Both the position numbers and the translations under genes were made by a program. Below the pieces are notes generated by a model that had not been told where the DNA came from, made no database searches, and saw nothing but the letters and a program-made list of their open reading frames with translations. A stretch of DNA of 64,000 nucleotides from Tubulanus polymorphus (Eukaryota; Animalia; Nemertea), in contig NC_134031.1 of assembly GCF_964204645.1 (NCBI RefSeq), positions 13,379,807 to 13,443,806 on the forward strand, in the 5' to 3' direction. The first letter of the stretch is position 1; the number at the start of each line of letters is the position of its first letter. Below are positions 61,167 through 64,000 of this stretch, one piece after another.

Positions 61167-61548
61167 TAATATAACTTATGACTATAGTGTCAATATGTGC
61201 ATTAAGGTCGTAATCAACATGTGACATTACTAAACATGTTTTCACAATAATTAGCTATAGTCAGTGCTCATCGATAAATAATTAATGTCTCTCAAACATG
61301 TCACTAGGTGTTTGTTTGTGAGTCCTGATGTCTACAACTTGTCTGACACCTAGTTCTCACATTATACTCATGATTCTGTATATAAAGACTATGTAAAGCT
61401 ATGATAATCATTCTCATTCCGGGATGCAATAAAGATTGTACATATAAGGTTTAACTGCCTTGTTGTTCCTGATGGATGGAATCCTGTACCGCTGGTGTAA
61501 ATGCTAGTTCCCCAGCCAGCCTGCCGATACAACAACCAGCCGGTTACA
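60979..61548 (+). repeat. 3' LTR of Gypsy B (570 bp) containing an (AAT)n tract
   Basis: TGTCACC...GGTTACA; AATAAA at ~61428; matches the solo LTR 62458-62990. Confidence 0.93.
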
Positions 61549-62838
61549 TATTCCTGTTAACTTTTTAGCTTCATGTTCTTTAGTTTTATATGAATACATT
61601 TTGGATCTAATACCAATGAATTCAATCATTTCTTCACCGCCTAATTCATCTTTGAATTTACCAGGAACTTTTTTATTATCATTGCTAAACAATTCATGAT
61701 CTTTAGGATAGTTACTGAAATCAAAATGATGTTTTAATGTTTTTAAATCATCTGTTATGTTATTAGTTTTTATCTTTAATATGTAACTGTCAGTATCAAA
61801 ATATAAGATTTCTATAAAAGTGGTTGTAATACATTATAATAGAATTCATACGTTAGTAATTTTGATAATTCTAAAACTGAAGCGCCAACATAGATTGGTT
61901 TATTAAATTTCATTGATGTTCTTCTCATCTTAACTGCAGCTAAATTTTCATCAAATATTCTGTTACCTAAAAACTGAAAAAGGATATGATACCTAAAAAG
62001 GATATATACCTAAAAAGGATATGATTGTAAATGCCTTATCCTTTTACCATTACTAACTAACTCAATATCATTTCTATTTCTAATATTTTCACAAGTCTTA
62101 TCATAGAATGCATTGTTCATTAACTTGAAGAAATCTTTTTCGAAATCAGTTTTAGCTTCAGTTCTCTGTTTGGTGTTAAAATCTATATATTTTTCTAACC
62201 ACTTAGATTGACTAAATGAAATATAACTATGTACTTTTTTTTAGGATCATTCCTTGTTTTAGATAAAACTTTAACATTCTATAATGCACTACATAATTAT
62301 ATTTATCTTCTTGAGTTACCATTAACTTTTCTGTATGAATATGATTTTCGGGTTTAATTCTTTTTTGATAATTTGATAATTCTTCATGAGTTACAGTTTT
62401 ATGTTCTGGACAGTATGCTAGATTTCTAGATTTAAATTTAATATGTTCAGGATATTCTGTAACCGGCTGGTTGTTGTATCGGCAGGCTGGCTGGGGAACT
62501 AGCATTTACACCAGCGGTACAGGATTCCATCCATCAGGAACAACAAGGCAGTTAAACCTTCTTTGTACAATCTTTATTGCATCCCGGAATGAGAATGATT
62601 ATCATAGCTTTACATAGTCTTATATACAGAATCATGAGTATAATGTGAGAACTAGGTGTCAGACAAGTTGTAGACATCAGGACTCACAAACAAACACCTA
62701 GTGACATGTTTGAGAGACATTAATTAATTATCGATGAGCACTGACTATAGCTAATTATCGTGAAAACATGTTGAGTAATGTCTCATGTTGATTACGACCT
62801 TACAGCACATATTGACACTATAGTCATAAGTTATATTA

Positions 62839-62896
<58 letters not shown>

Positions 62897-64000
62897 AATA
62901 TGTAGTAGAGCTATGAAATGTTATGAACTGTTCGATATGACATTGTAGATCTATATGATTATGAAATATGCAAATTATATCAGGGTGACAATTCTAAGTC
63001 TACAACAAAGAAGTAACCAGTATCTGAATCATCTGAAATATCTAGGATTCTTTTCTTCCAATCAAATTTATCATTATTTTCATGTTGTGAAACTTCACTT
63101 ATCTCAAATACTCCATAAGGTTGTGGTTCCATCATTGCCCAACCATACAAATTATTTGCATCTATATATAATAACTTATATCCAGGGTTATCATTTACAT
63201 TGAAATATCTATCGCCTAATACACCTGAAACTCCTCCTCTTATAGATTTTTCAAATAATAATAATTGATCTATATTTGTTAACAAATCCATTTTTATATC
63301 TGTAAATTTTAATCCACAATCCCATGTTAAACCTGGGCTAGAATAACAATGACAAGGATCAATATTGAAATATTTTAGGTTTACATCTCTAAACCTTTCG
63401 AATATATCGGTTAATAATAATACATCTGATTTTAGATATGAATCTACTAATTGTCCATGATTTTCTATTTTGAAATGATTCCAAATATTCAATGTTCTAT
63501 TATAGACTTCATCTTTAACATATTCATTTTTTAATTCATCATAGAATTGTTCTTTTAATAATTCAGATATATTGAAATCATTATGTGATTTATAAAATGA
63601 ATATGGAATTGCGCCTTTATATCTCATTAATTGGAAATCATCATTATTTGGGTAATGTTGTTTTGATATTTTTAATTCATCATCAACTAATGATTTTGAT
63701 TAGTTATCTAATGAACTATTTAAAAATCTATATGAATCTATAAATCTTAAACACCCAAATTGGAATGATATATAATTCTCAGATGTTCTAGCTAACATTT
63801 TAAATTTATAAGTTGGTATTTTATCTTTTGATCTATTTGAATTTAATCTTTCTATTTCATTATTAATTTCTTCTATTTTATGGCATAACTGTTTGATGAA
63901 TAAATGTGTATCATATCCTGATAGATTATGAAATATAACTGGTACAAAGTTAATTTTCTTAGCTTGTAAGTTACAATTCTCATGCGCAGCGCCTCTAAAC
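61549..64000 (-). pseudogene. polB: Mav-2 pPolB, interrupted by a solo LTR
   Basis: Near-identical to Mav-1 ~3965-5853; YIDANNLYGWAM, YFDTDS. Confidence 0.95.
62458..62990 (-). mobile_element. Solo LTR of the Gypsy B family with 4-bp TSD ATTC
   Basis: Reverse complement of 60979-61548; ATTC at 62454-62457 and 62991-62994; pPolB is continuous across it. Confidence 0.95.

Larger units (their letters stand above)
54726..61548 (+). mobile_element. Ty3/Gypsy LTR retrotransposon B (chromodomain integrase); 5' LTR truncated, gag absent
   Basis: Last 52 bp of the 5' LTR (54726-54777), PBS, pol, PPT GGACAAGGGGG (~60964-60974), 3' LTR 60979-61548. Confidence 0.93.
30682..64000 (-). mobile_element. 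Maverick Mav-2 (same family as Mav-1, inverted), interrupted by Mav-3, a MULE, Gypsy B and a solo LTR; runs off the window
   Basis: AGTAATAGGGG terminus at 30682. Segments 30682-34853, 47428-49419, 61549-62457 and 62991-64000 are collinear with the reverse complement of Mav-1, with internal deletions. Confidence 0.92.

Noticed and set aside
61021-61245. Poly-Leu ORF
   Set aside because: Translation of the (AAT)n microsatellite in the LTR.
1-64000. Prokaryotic, phage or retron/DGR interpretation of the RT and PolB genes
   Set aside because: A spliceosomal intron, GPCR, Gypsy elements and Polinton TSD/TIRs show an animal genome. The RT has non-LTR signatures and I see no TR/VR repeat pair.

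Overview
Animal (probably marine invertebrate) genomic DNA that is almost entirely a nested pile of mobile elements. It holds three endogenous Maverick/Polinton (adintovirus-like) elements. Mav-1 (1679-~20031, very AT-rich, decayed) carries pPolB, penton, MCP, packaging ATPase, rve integrase and an HNH nuclease. Mav-2 (30682 to beyond the window end) is the same family in the opposite orientation and is heavily interrupted and deleted. Mav-3 (34854-47427) is a much more GC-rich family inserted into Mav-2 with a perfect 6-bp TSD. Also present: two Gypsy LTR retrotransposons plus a solo LTR, a MULE transposon whose spliced transposase ends in a RING finger, two MITEs and a rhodopsin-type GPCR pseudogene. 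The top candidate for a new system is Mav-3. It has no recognisable major capsid or ATPase gene, but directly inside its left TIR it carries a non-LTR-type reverse transcriptase fused to a cellular-type RNase H1. This ORF has no endonuclease, poly(A) tail or TSD and sits 9 bp tail-to-tail with a Maverick gene, so it looks like a resident gene of a DNA-virus-like element. Other notable signals are ~410-bp fold-back TIRs in Mav-1/2 and family-specific motifs (TAAATG; TATAG) in front of most Maverick genes. All calls come from motif recognition by eye; no searches were run.
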